This document shows, piece by piece, positions 1 to 13,716 of a DNA stretch of 64,000 bases (within the stretch, counting starts at the first letter, position 1; every line of letters begins with the position of its first letter). Origin of the DNA: the human T2T-CHM13v2.0 reference genome, Homo sapiens; the NCBI RefSeq assembly GCF_009914755.1, contig NC_060929.1. One strand, 5' to 3'. The notes below the pieces were generated by a model. The model saw nothing but the letters and a program-made list of their open reading frames with translations. It did not search any database and was not told where the DNA came from. The translations under genes were made by a program, and so were the position numbers.

Positions 1-2642
1 TTTTTAGACTGTTTTCAAGCTGAAAAATTTTGTGATTAGCAAACATGCACTATAAGAAATGTTAAAGAGAATCTTTCAGATAGAGGAAAAGGGTTTTAAG
101 ATATAAAAAGCAAAAACAACAACAACAAAACAATAAAAGAAACTAAGCTCTTATTTATGAACAGATGAATAAAAATGATGTCTCTACCCTGACTGTCAGG
201 ATAAAAAGAAAAAAAAAAGGACACGAATTTCCAAGATTGTGCATTATAGAGGTGATATCACTACAGATTCTACAGATATTAAGAAATATGAAGAAAATAT
301 TATAAACAACTTAAATAGATACAGTCCTTGAAAGTCACAAACTACCAAAGATCACTAAAGGAATAGGTAAACTAAATAATACAATCTCTATTAAAGATAT
401 TTAATTTATAGTTAAAAACATTAGAACCAAAAAAATTACAGGCTTAAATAGCTACACTGGTGGGTTCTACCAAATATCTAATAAATTAATATTATCAATT
501 GTATGCATATTCTTCCAAAAAATTGAAGAGATACTTTCCATGAGGCCAGCATTACCCTGATACCAAAACCACAACAAGGCAAATCAAGAAAACTGCAGAC
601 CAATAGTCCATATGCAGATGAAATTACATAGATGAAAAAAGTCCTGACAAAATTTCCAATTACTTAGATGAAAAAAGTCCTGACAAAATTCTAATAAACA
701 GAGTCCAATAGTATATAAAAAGAATAACATATTATTATCAAGTGGAGTACATCTCTGGAATGTAAGGTTGGTTTAATATCTTAAAATTAATCAATATAAT
801 TTACCATATTAACAAACAAAAAAGAAAAACTATATAATCTTCTTCCCAATAGTTGCATAGAAAGCTTAAAAGTATTTCACAAAATTTAACATCCTTTCCT
901 TATGAAAACTGTTAGCAAACTAGGAATAGAAGGGAACTTCCTAAGCTGATAATGAGCATCTACAAACAAACCTACAATGACATCAAATTTGATGGTTAAA
1001 AAAAAAGTATACTCTCCACCTTAAGATTAGAATGTCTGCTCTTTCCACTTCTATTCAAAATTTCATTGGAGATATTAGCAAGTGAAATAAGGTAAGAAAA
1101 GGGGAATAAAAGGCACCCAGATGAAAAAGAAGAAGTGAAACTACATTTATTCACAGACAATATGATTGTGGGTGGAGATATGTGATAGAAACTACAGAAA
1201 AGCAATTAAAATCAACAAAGCAATAAATAAATTTATCATAGTTTGTAGGATTCAAGATCAACAGAAAAATATCTATCATATATGTGTACAATCACAATGA
1301 GTAATTATAAATTATAATTTAAAACATAATATTATTTATAATAATATTTAAAATCATTATATACTTAGGAATAAGCTGACAGGGTGCACAATAACTGCAC
1401 ACTGAAAACTACAACACATTGCTGAGAAAATTAAACAAGACAAATAAATGGAGAGTTCATGCATCAAAAGATATAATATTGTTAAATGTCAGTTCTTTCC
1501 AAATTGATCTACAGACTCAATAAAATCCAAACAAGATCTCAGCATTTTTTTTTTTTTGGTGGATATTTACAAGCTGATTCAAACATTTTTCTGGATATTC
1601 AAAAAATCTTGAATAGTCAAAACAACTTGAAATTGAAGAAAAAGTTAAAGGCTTAACACAACCTAATTTTGAAATTTATATAAACTAGTGTAATATATAG
1701 AAAAATAGATAAATGAAACAGAATTGAGAATCCAGAAATAAACCCATGCAATTACAGAAAACTAGTTTTGAATAAATATGCAAAGATAGTTAAATTTTTA
1801 AAAGGATTGTCTCTTCAAAAAATGATGCTGAAGTAATTAAATATCTATATGCCAAAAACAGAAGAGAAAAAAATAATTTTTATTTCTCACATCATTACAA
1901 AATAATTCAAAATGAATCACAGACCTAAATGTGAAACTTAATGAAACTTTCAGAAGAATAAGGGTGGAAGATTTCTTAGGTATGACAATAAAAACATAAC
2001 TGAGAACAAAATAAATGGATAAATTGGACTTCATTTAAATGTATACTTCTGCTATTTAAAAGACACTTAAAAGATAAGCCATAACCTGGGAGAAAATATT
2101 TGCAAGCCGATTATCTGCTAAAAGACTTGTGTCCAGAATGTATAAAGAACTCTCGAAAGTCTATAATAAGAAAACAAACAATTTTTTTCAATGGGCAAAA
2201 CCAAGTAATATTTGTAAATGTCAAAATTAAGTATATGAAGAAAAGCACAACATTATTAAAATACTCATTAAGGAAATGCAAATTAAAATCATAATGAGAC
2301 ACCACTACACACTTATTATAATAGCTAAAATTAAGGTTGACCATAATAAGTGTTGGCTAGCATGTGAAAGAACTGGAACTCTCATATATTGCTTGTGGGA
2401 ATGTTAAGTAGTACAACCGCTTTTGAAAATAGTTCGGCAGTTTTTGAAAAGTTAAATTACACCTACGATAGGAAGCCGCTGTTTCACTCCTAGGTCTTTA
2501 CCCAAAAGAAATAAATGCATACATTTATTCTATATAAAGACTTATAAAGACTTTTTCATGAATGCTCATAGTAGCTTTATTTATTATTTATTTATAATTT
2601 TCCTTTGATTTGATACGTGATTTAATTTTATTATTGGAAATA

Positions 2643-2788
2643 TTTTTTTATTTTTTCATTTCCATAGATTACTGGGGAACAGGTGGTGCTTGATTGCAGG
2701 AGTAAGTTCTTTAGTGGTGATTTGTGAGATTTTGGTAAACCCATCACCTGAGCAGTATACACTGCACACAATTTATAGTCTTTTATTT
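2643..2788 (-). mobile_element. L1PB-type 3' end fragment
   Basis: 'ggggaacaggtggtg...agtaagttctttagtggtgatttgtgagattttggt...cccatcacctgagcagtatacact' resembles the antisense L1PB 3' terminus and follows a T-rich tail. Confidence 0.75.
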
Positions 2789-2789
2789 A

Positions 2790-3222
2790 AATAATTTTTT
2801 CATTGATGCATAATAGATACACATAGTTTTTTAGTACGTGTGATAATTTAACACATTCATATAATTTGTAAAGATCAAATCAGTATAATTGGGATATCCA
2901 TCATTTTAAATATTTGTCTTTTCTTTATGCTAGAAACATTTGAATTATTATCTCACTATTTTGAAATGTGTAATAGATTATTGTAAACTATAGACACCAT
3001 ACTTATCTATCTGACATTAGGTCTTATTTCTTTTATCTAACCATATATTTGTATCCATTAACCAACTTCTCTTTCTGCCATTTTCCTTCTCCCCTTCCCA
3101 GCCTCTGGTAACCACCAATCTACTCTTTACCTTCATGAGATCCACTTTTTTTTTTAGCTCCCTCATATGAGTGAGACCAGGCAATATTTGTCTTTCTGTG
3201 TTTGGCTTATTTCACTTAACAT
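2790..3222 (-). mobile_element. L1MA-type 3' end fragment nested in the older L1M
   Basis: 'cccttcccagcctctggtaaccaccaatctactct...tttttagctccctcatatgagtgaga...tttgtctttctgtgtttggcttatttcacttaacat' is a typical antisense L1MA 3' UTR. Confidence 0.8.
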
Positions 3223-4389
3223 AAAAGCAAATTTTATAATAGGCAAAAACTGGAAACAACCTAAATGTCTATCAACAGGTGAATGAACATATCCAAATAA
3301 TGTTATTACTCAGAAATAACAAAAGAATGAACTATTGTTAAATATGAAAACATGGAAGAATCTCAAAATAATTAGGCTGAGTGAAAGGGGACAGACCTCC
3401 TCAAAAGCATACATTGAATGATTTCTCCTATATAAAAATTTTTAAAATGCAAAGTGATCTATAGTGACAGAAATTAGAATGGTGCTTGACTGGGGATGGG
3501 CTTTGGGAGAGGTTGGCAGGGGTGGAAGGGTGCATAACAAAGAGGCTTCAGGAAACTTGGAGGTACTAGATATGTTCATTACCTTGTTGGGGTGACTTAA
3601 TGGGTATACATATATATCAAAACTTGTCAAATTCTACAATTAAAATATATGCCATTAATGTATGTCCATTATGTCTCTTGTTTTAAAAAAGAAAAAAAAA
3701 AAAAACAGAAAGAAAAATTCCTGGGCTCCAACTGCTCACAACTAAATGTGATAAATGGACTCCATAGACAATCTCAGTAACAGGTGGTAAAGTGGTACCT
3801 CAGCACTCTGCACAGTTGCTATGAAGGGCAGGGGAGAGTGTAGCTTGAAACATCCAAGAAGGGGTTCTGTAGGAAACCCATGAATTGCATGAGTGTAGTC
3901 ACATCTCACATCCTACCCTCTTTTTCCATTACACCTTCACACCATACCTCTCCTGAGTTCCAATCCCCTTCTAATATATTTTCCCTTGTAGGATCAGTCT
4001 CTTACATAGACAGGTTTCAAAAAGTCAAGTGCAAGTTAATGTACACCAATAGGACTGGTCTGAAATAAAGCACAGCTCACCTTAATTCAATGTCTAACAG
4101 AGAAACAAACAGAAATACCTTTAGACCGCATTTATCATTCTTTCAGAATAAGGATCATGTGAATAAGCCCATACATTGGCCTATGGACTAGGTATCCTCT
4201 ACAGTAGCTTATTTGCAACAGGAATGCTGGCTCATTGTAGCAGATTTATATTACCATTGCTCTAGAAAATAATGGTATGTCTACAACCTGTTGCTTTAGA
4301 CCATTGGAAAAAACTGGCACATGCAATGACAGAGAAGGGAACATACCTCGATAGGTGGTATATCCCAAGGGGTAGAAAAACACCTCGCA

Positions 4390-4492
4390 GGCCAGGCTCA
4401 GTGGCTCACACCTGTAATCCCATCACTTTGAGAGCCTGAGGCAAGTGAATCACTTGAGGCCAGGAGTTTGGAAAAAACCTGGCCTACAACAT
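4390..4492 (+). mobile_element. Partial Alu left monomer (FLAM/AluJ-like)
   Basis: 'ggccaggctcagtggctcacacctgtaatcccatcactttgagagcctgaggcaagtgaatcacttgaggccaggagttt'. Confidence 0.85.
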
Positions 4493-5029
4493 CAAAAGGT
4501 GAAATGTTCTTATTGATTTTGCCAATATCTTGTCTACATCCCAGTTTCTTCTTCAGGACTTATTTGAGAGTTGGATCCCGGAGAAAGAACTCCATGATAG
4601 CCACATTCAATTTTATTGAAAAATCAATTTTCCAAATATCTTTGCACAGAAAATTCCTACTCTGTATAGATTTCAAGCCTGTAAAAGGCTAGAGAACTAT
4701 AACAGAGACATACATAGTTATAACTGTATCACTTCCCTATCAAAATATTGCTAAGGGAGATAATTACTATTTTACTTTTAAAATATAAAAGCAATATATG
4801 TTTAGTATAAAGTAATGGGGTGTACATATAAATGGACTACAGAAAATAAGCATCAACAACAGTCTTGTAGTCAAGAAATGGCCTCAGTTAACCCTTTCGT
4901 CTGTGCCATATTGGTCACTTTTGTTGCATATCTTAGGTTATTTTTACAAAGTCAGAATCATGTATGTGTGTATAGACACATTTTTAGAAATATTTATGTT
5001 AAATATATATCGAAGTATATATTTTTGAA

Positions 5030-6598
5030 AGCTATATAGGATTCCATCATATAGATATACCATAGTTTGTTAGTATTTTATTCTTGTTTATATTATTTCC
5101 AATTATTAATGATTAAAAATAATGCTAAATTGAATATATTTGCATATAAATCTTAGCGTGTTCCTCTATTTTCTTAGGATAAACTCTGAGGAAGAAAATT
5201 ATTGGACTGTAGGTCAGATATATGTTTAAGCTTTTGGTATATAAGGGGATTTCCTCTGAGATAGGGCACGCCTTTTTAAAAATCCCTAAAGTGTATGATA
5301 GAGCTTCTTGGGAAGACCCTCAGCCATCTTGACATTATTCTTTAGTCTTTCAAATATTTGCCAATTTTCTAATTTTCATGTTAGTTGGTTTTTGTTTGAT
5401 AACTTTTGGGACTCATTTCTGGTTTATATAATTGACCCTGTGTATTACATATTCATGCTGCTTGCTCATTTTCTTCTATTAAAATATTTCTTTTATTTAT
5501 ATATTTAGTTTCTTACTGATTTTTGTAGCTCTTTACCTCAGACATACCTATCACAAATGTTTTGTCCAATTTTTCTTTTGCATTTTAATTTACTTTTAAA
5601 CATTGAGTCTATTATAAATACAAAAAACTTCATTCTTTTTAAAGTGAATACTTCATTGAATTTTAAATTATATGACTGCTACCAGAATTAAAACAGACAA
5701 CATTTCTGTCACCCATAAAAGTTATCTCTTGTTTCTTTTAAGTCATTCCCTTTGGCAAATACCTAGGAGTAGGATTACTGGATTGTAGAGTAAGTGCATG
5801 TTTAATTTTATAACAAATTGAAGAACTGTTTTTCAAAGTTTCTATAGCATTCTGCATTCACCAGCAAGGTATGAGAATTGCAGTTGCTCTGTATCTCCAC
5901 CAGCATTTTATATTATCAGTGTGTTTAATTTTAGCTATTCTAGTGGGTGTATAGAGCATCTTGTGGCTTTAATTTATATTTCTTTGATGTCTAATTGCAT
6001 TGAGGGTTTTTTTCTTGCTATTAGTGGCCATCCACATATATGTAGTGTTATTGAAGAATATATTGAAATCATTTGTCCCTTTTTTCTTGGGGTGTCTTAT
6101 TGTTGAGTTGTAACAGTTCTATATATTCTGTATACAAATCAGATATGTGTCTTACAAATATTTTCTTTTCTTTTGGTCTGTGGATAGTCTTTTCATTTTT
6201 TTAAAATGTTTCAATTATGCAACTATTGCCAAAATTAAAATATACAATACTTATGCCCCCCCCATAGAAGTTCTTGCTTCACCCTTTCCTAAATCAAAAG
6301 ACAGGTAGTTTTTGAATATCAAAAATTTCAATTATAATAAGGGACAAATTATAAATTGTATTTCTGTTATGGTTCATGCTTTGTGTGTTATATATAAGAA
6401 ACCATTACCTAGCCTAATCACAAAGATATTTTCTTATGTTTTCTTCTAAAGATTTATGCCTTTAGGTTTTTATGATTTAATCCATTTCAAGTTAATTTTT
6501 TTATCAGGTGCAAAATAATGTTGGAGGTAATTTTCAATGAATGTCTAGTTGTTTCAGGACCTTGTTGAGTATCTTTTCCATGTTGAAATACTTGAGCA
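5030..6598 (-). mobile_element. Old L1M fragments, antisense (left part of the host split by the L1PA insertion)
   Basis: 'aaatacctaggagtaggattactggattgtagagtaagtgcatgtttaatttt', 'atgagaattgcagttgctctgtatctccaccagca' and 'ttcttatgttttcttctaaa'. Confidence 0.75.
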
Positions 6599-9500
6599 CC
6601 AAAGAGAAGAGCTAAGATCGTCAACTATATGCAGCCATGGAGACTGTCCCACCAAGAGACTAGACCATCAAGAAGACTGGCACACTCCAAGCATCTTGGG
6701 AAGGAAGACATTGAGAGTGAACAGAGGGACAACAGAGACCCTGGGTTGAAGGCAGAGGAAGCTGGGAACCCTGCACAGGTTTGTCAAGCACTAGGACTCA
6801 TTCCTGGCCCTGACCAGTGCCTAGGGAAGGAGTGAGTTAAATAAGCATGGAGTAGACAACTCTGACCATGGACCTCTAGAATCCTAGCTGCAGGAGACCC
6901 TATGACCTCCATAGACATTTGAGCTAGCAGGAAGAGCTGCTCAGAGAGTTGTTAGGGACAGGATTCCAGCCTCTGTGGAGCACAGAGGGCTTGGCAAGGG
7001 AACAGGTGCAGAGGAGCACAGCCAGGGACACCTGTCATCCAAGGTTCATTGCACTTCTGTAGGTCACTTGGGTCTTTGTTGATTGGCAGACCTGGACAGA
7101 CCATGGGATGGAGCTAGACTGATCTGAGCACTTTCCTGTGTGCCAGTCTCTTCCAGGTTTCCTGCCTGGCTGCACCTGCTTGCAGAGCAGCTTCAGATAC
7201 CCAATTAGGGTACTTCTCAGTGGCCACTGCCATAGCTTCTTCACTGGCAGACCCCACTTAACCATCTGAGAACTTCTGCAGATAGCCCCCCACTGGCATG
7301 CACCCACCTGTAGCCTTCCTCCATTGCTTTGCCAGTGCACATTTGTGCACAGCCTCCCCCCAGTGCTTTGCCAGAATATGTGTGGAGCCTACCACACCAC
7401 CACCCAGCTACTGCTGGTGTACATGAACCTTGCCATGCAGCTGTTTAGCTACCACTGACATGTGTGTGCAAGTGCGGACCCTGCTGCTACCACCCCAATG
7501 AAGTGCTTCTGCTGGCACCCCCACCCCCATCAGAGCTTTGTTGCCAGCAGAAGTGTGAACACCTCGACATCTCCAGCACAGGTACTCAACTTATAGGGGC
7601 AAGAGAACAAAGCCACGGATCTTGTCCCAGGCCCCCAAGGTTAGGGCACACAGCTTAGGAGTGCTGAGCTGAGTGTTGGCCCCCTGAAAAAGTCCAGAAA
7701 TGAAGCCAATTGACTGAACCCAATTTATAGCACAGACAAACCCTCAAGGACACCAAAGACTATAAAAGCAAAAAGCCCCATTCAAAGGGCAGCAACTTCA
7801 AAGATTAAGGGAACATTAGCCCACACAGATGAGAAAAAACCAGGGCAAGAAACCTGGCAACTCAAAGAACTAGAGTGCCTTCTTACCTTCAACAAACCAC
7901 ACTAGCTCTGCAACAATGGTTCTTTTCTTGACTGAAATGGCTGAAATGACAGATGTAGAATTCAGAATCTGGATGGCAGGTAAGATTATTGAGATTTATG
8001 AGAAAATGGAAATGGAAGCCCAGTTCAAGGAATATAAGAAATCCAGTAAAATGATACATGAGCTGAAAGACAAAATAGCCATTTGAAGAAAGAACAAAAC
8101 TGATCCGATAAAGCTGAAAAACTCACTATAAGAATTTCATAATACCATGGGTAGTATTAATAGCAGAATAGAACAAGCTCAGGAAATAATCTCAGATCTC
8201 AAAGACTAGTCCTTTGAATCAATTCAGTCAGACAAAAATAAAGAAAAAAAGAGTAGAAAAGAAGGAACAAAACCTCTAAGAAATATGGGATTATGGAAAG
8301 AGGCAAAACCCATGACTCATTGATGTCCATGAAAGAGAGAGCAAGCCACTTGGAAAACATATTTGAGAATGTTATCCACAAAATTTTCCCCAACCTCACT
8401 AGAAAGATTGACATTCAGATTCAGGAAATTCAGAGAACCCCTGTGAGATACTATACAAGACAATTGTCCCCAAGACACATACATAGTCATCAGATTCTTC
8501 AAGGTCAATGTAAAAGAAAAATTTTTAAAGGCAGCTACAGAGAAGGGGCAGGTCACATCCAAAGGAACCCCATCAGGTGAATAGTGGACCTTTCAGCAGT
8601 CACCCTCCAAACCAGAAGAATATGAAAAAAATCTTAAAAAAAGAAAAATACACCAAAATTAATCACACCTCGCAAGGATTAAAACCACACATATCGTACA
8701 TTTGGGCCTTGCTTCTTTATCCAAATTTTAAATGAGGCATTTAGCATGTTTAATTTGATGTGTGGATTTGATCCCGTGAGGTGTGGCCAGTTGGTTGTTA
8801 TGTAGACTTGATTACGTAGTTGGCCTATGTCCAAAATGGCATTTCCTAGGTTTTCTTCTAGGGTTTTTACAGTTTTAGGTTTTACATTTAAGTCTTTAAT
8901 CCATTGTGAGTTGATTTTTATATACGTTGAAAGTAGGGAGTGTAGTTTCAGTCTTCTGCATATGGCTAGCCAGTCATCTTATTCATTTACTGAATAGGGG
9001 AGTCCTTTTCCCATGGCTTTTTGTTGTTGACTTTGTTGAAGATCAGGTGGCTGCAAGTGTGAGGCTTTATTTATGGGTTTTATAATCTGTTCAATTGGTC
9101 TATGTGTCTATTTTTGTACCAGAGCCATGGTGTTTTGGTTACTGCAGCCTTGTGATATAGTTTGAAGTCAGGTAGTATGATACCTCTGGCTTTATTCTTT
9201 TTGCTTAGGATTACTTTGGCTATTCAGGCTCTTTTGTGGTTCCATATGAATATTAGGATTGTTTTTTCTAATTCTGTGAAGAATGGCACTGGAAGTATGT
9301 TAGGAATGGCATTGAATCTGTACATTCTTGAAGTATGGCTATTTTAACAATATTGATTCTTCCTACTTATGAGCATGGAATGTTTTCCCATTTGTTTGTG
9401 TCATCTCTGATTTCTTTCAGCAGTGTTTTGTAGTTCTCATTGAAGAGATCTTTCACTTCCCTGGTTAGCTGTATTCCTAGATATTTTATTCTTTTTGTGG

Positions 9501-12500
9501 CTATTGTGAATGGGATTGCATTCTTGATTTGGCTCTCAGCTTTGATGTTATTGATGCATTGAAATGCTACTGATTTCTGTATGTTGATTTTGTACGCTGA
9601 AACTTTGCTGAAGTTGTTTATCAGATCTAGGAGCCTTTGGGCAGAGGCTATGGGGTTTTCTAGGTATAGAATCATATTGTCTGCAGAGAGAGAGTTTTAC
9701 TTCCTCTCTTCTCGTTGAATGCCTTTTATTTCTTTCTCTTGCCTGATTGCTCTGGCTAGGACCTCCAGTAATATGTTGAAGAGGAGTGCAGAGTCTGGGC
9801 ATCCTTGTCTTATTCTCTTCCTCAAGAGGAATTATTCCAGCTTTTGCCTGTTCAGTATGGTGTTGGCTGTGGGTCTGTCATAGATGGCTCTTATTATTTT
9901 AAGGTATGTTTCTCTGATGCATAGCTTGTTGAGGGATTTTAGCATGAAGGAATGTTGAATTTCATCAAAAACTTTTTCTGTACCTATTGAGATGATCATG
10001 TGGTTTTTGTTTTTAGTTCTGTTTATGTGATGAATCACAGGTATTCATTTGTGTATGTCGAACCAACCTTGCAACCCAAGAATAAAATCTACTCGATCAT
10101 AATGGGTTACCTTTTTGATGTGCTGTTGGATTTGGTTTTCTAGCATTTTGTTGAGGATTTTTGCAACTACGTTCATCAGGGATATTGGCCTAAAGTTATC
10201 TTTTTTGTTGTTGTTGTGTCTTTACCAGGTTTTGGTATCAGAATGATGCTGGCCTCATAGAATGAGTTAGGGAGGAGTCTCTCCTCCTTGATTTTTTGGA
10301 ATAGTTTCAGTAGGTTTGGTACCAGCTCTTCTTTACACATCTGGTGGAATTCAGCTCTGAATCTGTCTGGTCAGGGCTTTTTCTGAATGGTAAGTTATTT
10401 TTACTGATTCAGCTTCAGAACTCATTATTGGTCAGTTCAGGATTTCAATTTTTTTCTGGTTCAATATTGAGAGGTTGTATGTTTCCAGAAATTTATCCAT
10501 TTCTTTTAGGATTTCTAGTTTGTGTTCATATAAGTGTTCATAACATTCTCTGAGGTTGTTTTTTATTTCTGTGGAGTTGGTGGTAATGTTCCCTTTGTCC
10601 TGATTTTGTTTATTTGGATCTTCTCTCTTTTTTCTTTATTAGTATAGTTAGTGTTCTATCAATTTTATGTATTATTTCCAGAATCAAATTGATCTTTTGT
10701 ATGGTTTCTCATGTCTTGATTTCATTCAGTTCAGCTCTGAGTTTGGCCGTGTCTTTTCTTCTGCTAGCTTTGGGACTGGTTTGCTCTTGTTTTTAGAAAA
10801 ATAATGTACGGTATGATACCAGATTGTTAATTTGGGATCTTCCTAAATTTTTTATGTGGGTGTTTAGCACTAGAAACTTTCCTCTTAACACCGCATTAGC
10901 TGTATCCCAGAGATTCTGCTATGTTATATCTTTGTTTTCATTAGTTTCAAAGAATTTCTGGATTCCTGCTTTAATTTCATTGTCTAACTAAAAGTCATTC
11001 AAGAATAGACAGTTTAATTTTCACATAACTGTATGGTTTTGAGAGATTTTCTTTGTATTGATTTCTCTGTTTATTGTGCTGTGGTCCAAGAGTATGGTTA
11101 GTATGATTTTCTTTTTTTGGAATTTTTTGAGAATTGCTTTATGGCAAAGTGTGTGGTCAATTTTAGAGTATGTGCCATGTGTGATGAGAAGAAAAAGTAT
11201 TCTGTTTCTGTTGGGTGGATGTTCTACAGGTGTCTGTTAGGGTCCATTTGGTCAAGTGTCAAGTTTAGATCACAAATATCTTTGTTAATTATCTGTGTCA
11301 ATGATCTATCTAATGCTGTCAGTGAGGAGTTGAGGTCTACCTCTGTTATTGTGTGGCTATGTAAGCTTCTTCATAGGTTTCTAAGAACTTGTTTTACGGA
11401 TCTGAGTTCTCCACTGTTGAGTACATATGTATTTAGTACAGTTAAGTCTTCATGTTGAATTCATTTCTTTATCATTATGTAATGCCCTTCTTTGTCCTTT
11501 TTGTTTATTGTTGGTTTAAAGTTTGTTTTGTCTGAAATGAGAATAGCACCCCTTGCTCTTTTTTGTTATTGTTTGCTTGACTGATCTTTCTCCATCCCTT
11601 TACTTTGAGCCTGTGGGTGTCACTGCATGTGAGATGAGCCCTTAAAAACAGCAGACAATTAGTTGGGTCTTGCCTCATTGTCCTTATCATTTGGACATAG
11701 GCCCTGACAAAGACTCATGACAAAGACTCCAAAAGCAATTGTAATGATAACAAAAATTGACAAGTGAGACCTAATTAAATGAAAGAGCTTCCTCGCAGCA
11801 AAAGAAACTATCAACAGAATAAGCAGACAACCTACAGAATGGGAGAATATTTGCATCCAACAAAGGCCCAATATCCAGAATCTATAAAGAACTGAAACAA
11901 ATGAAGAAGAAGAAGAAAAAAAAACCCATTAAAAAACGGGCAAAGGACATGAACAGACACTTTCATGTGGCCAATAAGCATATGAAAAGATGCTGAATAT
12001 CACTAATCATTAGAAAAATACAAATCAAAACCACAATGAGACACCACCTTACACCAGTCAGAATGACTATTATTAAAAAGCCAGAAAATAACTGATGCTG
12101 GCAAGGTTGCAGAGAAAAAGGAATGCTTATACACTGCTGGTGGGAATGTAAACTAGTTCAGCTACTGTGGAAAGCAGTTTGGAGATTTCTCAGAGAACCC
12201 AGAACTACCATTCAACCCAGCAATCCCATGACTGAATATATGCCCAAAAATATATATATAAATTCTATCATAAAGACACATACATGCATATGTTCATCAC
12301 AGCACTATTCACAACAGCAAAGACATGGAATCATCCTAGATGCCCATTGACAGTGGACTGGATAAAAATAATGTAGAACATATACATCACAGAATACTAT
12401 GCTGCCATCAAAAGGAATGAAATCATGTTTTTTGCAGGACCATGTGTGGAGCTGGAGGCCATTATCCTAAGTGAATTAACACAGAAACAGAAAACCGAAT

Positions 12501-12801
12501 ATCACATATTTTCTCCTATAAGTAGGAGCTAAACTGAATACTTATAAAAACAAAGAAGGGAACAATAGACGCTATGGACTACTTGTGGGTGGAGAATGGG
12601 AGAAGAGTGGAGGGTAGGAGGAGGTTAAGGATCAAAAAACGATCTATTGGGTACTATGCTAATTACCTGGGTGATAAAATAATCTATACATCAAATACTC
12701 AAGACATGCAATTTACCCATATAACAAACCTGCACATGTACCCCCTGAACCTAAAATAAACGTGGAGGAAACGAAAAAATCTTAAAAAATAAAATAAAAA
12801 T
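6599..12801 (+). mobile_element. L1PA15/16-like LINE-1 with 5' UTR, most of ORF1, an inverted ORF2 middle (8701-11673) and a sense 3' end with poly(A)
   Basis: GC-rich 5' UTR at ~6600-7900; ORF1-like peptide LENIFENVIHKIFPNLTRKIDIQIQEIQRTP on +; ORF2 peptides on - ([42 protein letters not shown]); 3' end 'aacaaacctgcacatgtaccccctgaacctaaaataaa'; TSD atacttgagca at 6588-6598 and 12802-12812. Confidence 0.93.
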
Positions 12802-12812
12802 ATACTTGAGCA

Positions 12813-13190
12813 ACTTTGTACAAAATCAATCGAAACTGTTGTGTGGGTCTATTTCTGTACAATCTGTTCTGTTTCATTGATTTATATGTCAATCCTCATA
12901 TTAATACCACATTGTCTTTTTTACTTTAGCTTTATAGTAAGTCTTGAAATAAGTAGTATAAATTCTTTTTTCAACTTGTTTTGGTTAATCTAGGTCCCTT
13001 GGATTTGAACACGGATTTAAAATCAACTTAGTATTTTCTTGAAAAAAATACTGTTAAAATTTGGTTGAGATGGCATTGACTTTGTAAATCAATTTGGGTA
13101 GTATTGACATCTTAACAATATTGATTTTCCAATCAGTGAACAGCATATACCTCCCCATTTCTTTAATTTTTTCTCATCAGTGTTTTATGG
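12813..13190 (-). mobile_element. Continuation of the host antisense L1M after the L1PA insertion
   Basis: 'gtgtgggtctatttctg...ctgtttcattga', 'gctttatagtaagtcttgaaat' and 'ttgacatcttaacaatattga' continue the ORF2 sequence broken at 6598. Confidence 0.8.
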
Positions 13191-13716
13191 CAACTGTTGG
13201 GTCAGAACATTTTAAATTTTAGTAACTAACTATAGGCAGCTAGTATAGATGTGTGTATTGAGATGTTCATCACAGTGTTTAAAACAAAAAAGTGAAACAA
13301 ACCAAAGGTGTAACTAGACAGAGTTGTTTAAATTATCTTTGGCAGTATTCAGTGCTTTAAATGCCTGTATTTTTCCAAAAAATACAGAGGAAATATATTA
13401 ATTTCAGTGATATACTATTGCTCAAAATATTTTGGCAACTCAGAATTTGTAGAACACACTTTTAAATAGCTTCCATTGAAGATGTGCTCCTCGGATGATG
13501 GGGTAGAATTGTGATAAAACCAAATGTCATTCAGAGTCAAAACTGACAAAGTAGAATGAAAGGTCATCTAGGTAAGCTACTTGGGTCAAAAATAAATAAT
13601 TTTTGTACACAATTTATAAACTTGCTTTTAAAGAAAATTTATTATAGATTTTAATAGGTTTGAACAGACCCTGCCACAGGTTGCCTGTATCTCATAAATG
13701 AATTATTTCTTATGTG

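Larger units (their letters stand above)
1..3717 (+). mobile_element. Old L1M-type LINE-1 (ORF1 tail, degenerate ORF2, 3' UTR, poly(A) remnant), interrupted at ~2585-3222
   Basis: L1 ORF2 hallmarks include 'gaggccagcattaccctgataccaaaacc', 'ttattcacagacaatatgattgtg' (FADDM-like region) and 'aaactggaaacaacctaaatgtctatcaacag'; A-rich tail at 3684-3717; many stops and frameshifts. Confidence 0.9.

Noticed and set aside
8624-8650. Apparent copy of the L1 tail 'gaaaaaatcttaaaaaa' (12773-12790) at the left junction
   Set aside because: Low-complexity match that is also explained by degraded ORF1 sequence ('attcttaaagaaaagaaatt...').
9367-10038. Reverse-transcriptase-like ORFs
   Set aside because: These are frameshifted L1 ORF2 remnants within the inverted L1PA, not functional CDS.
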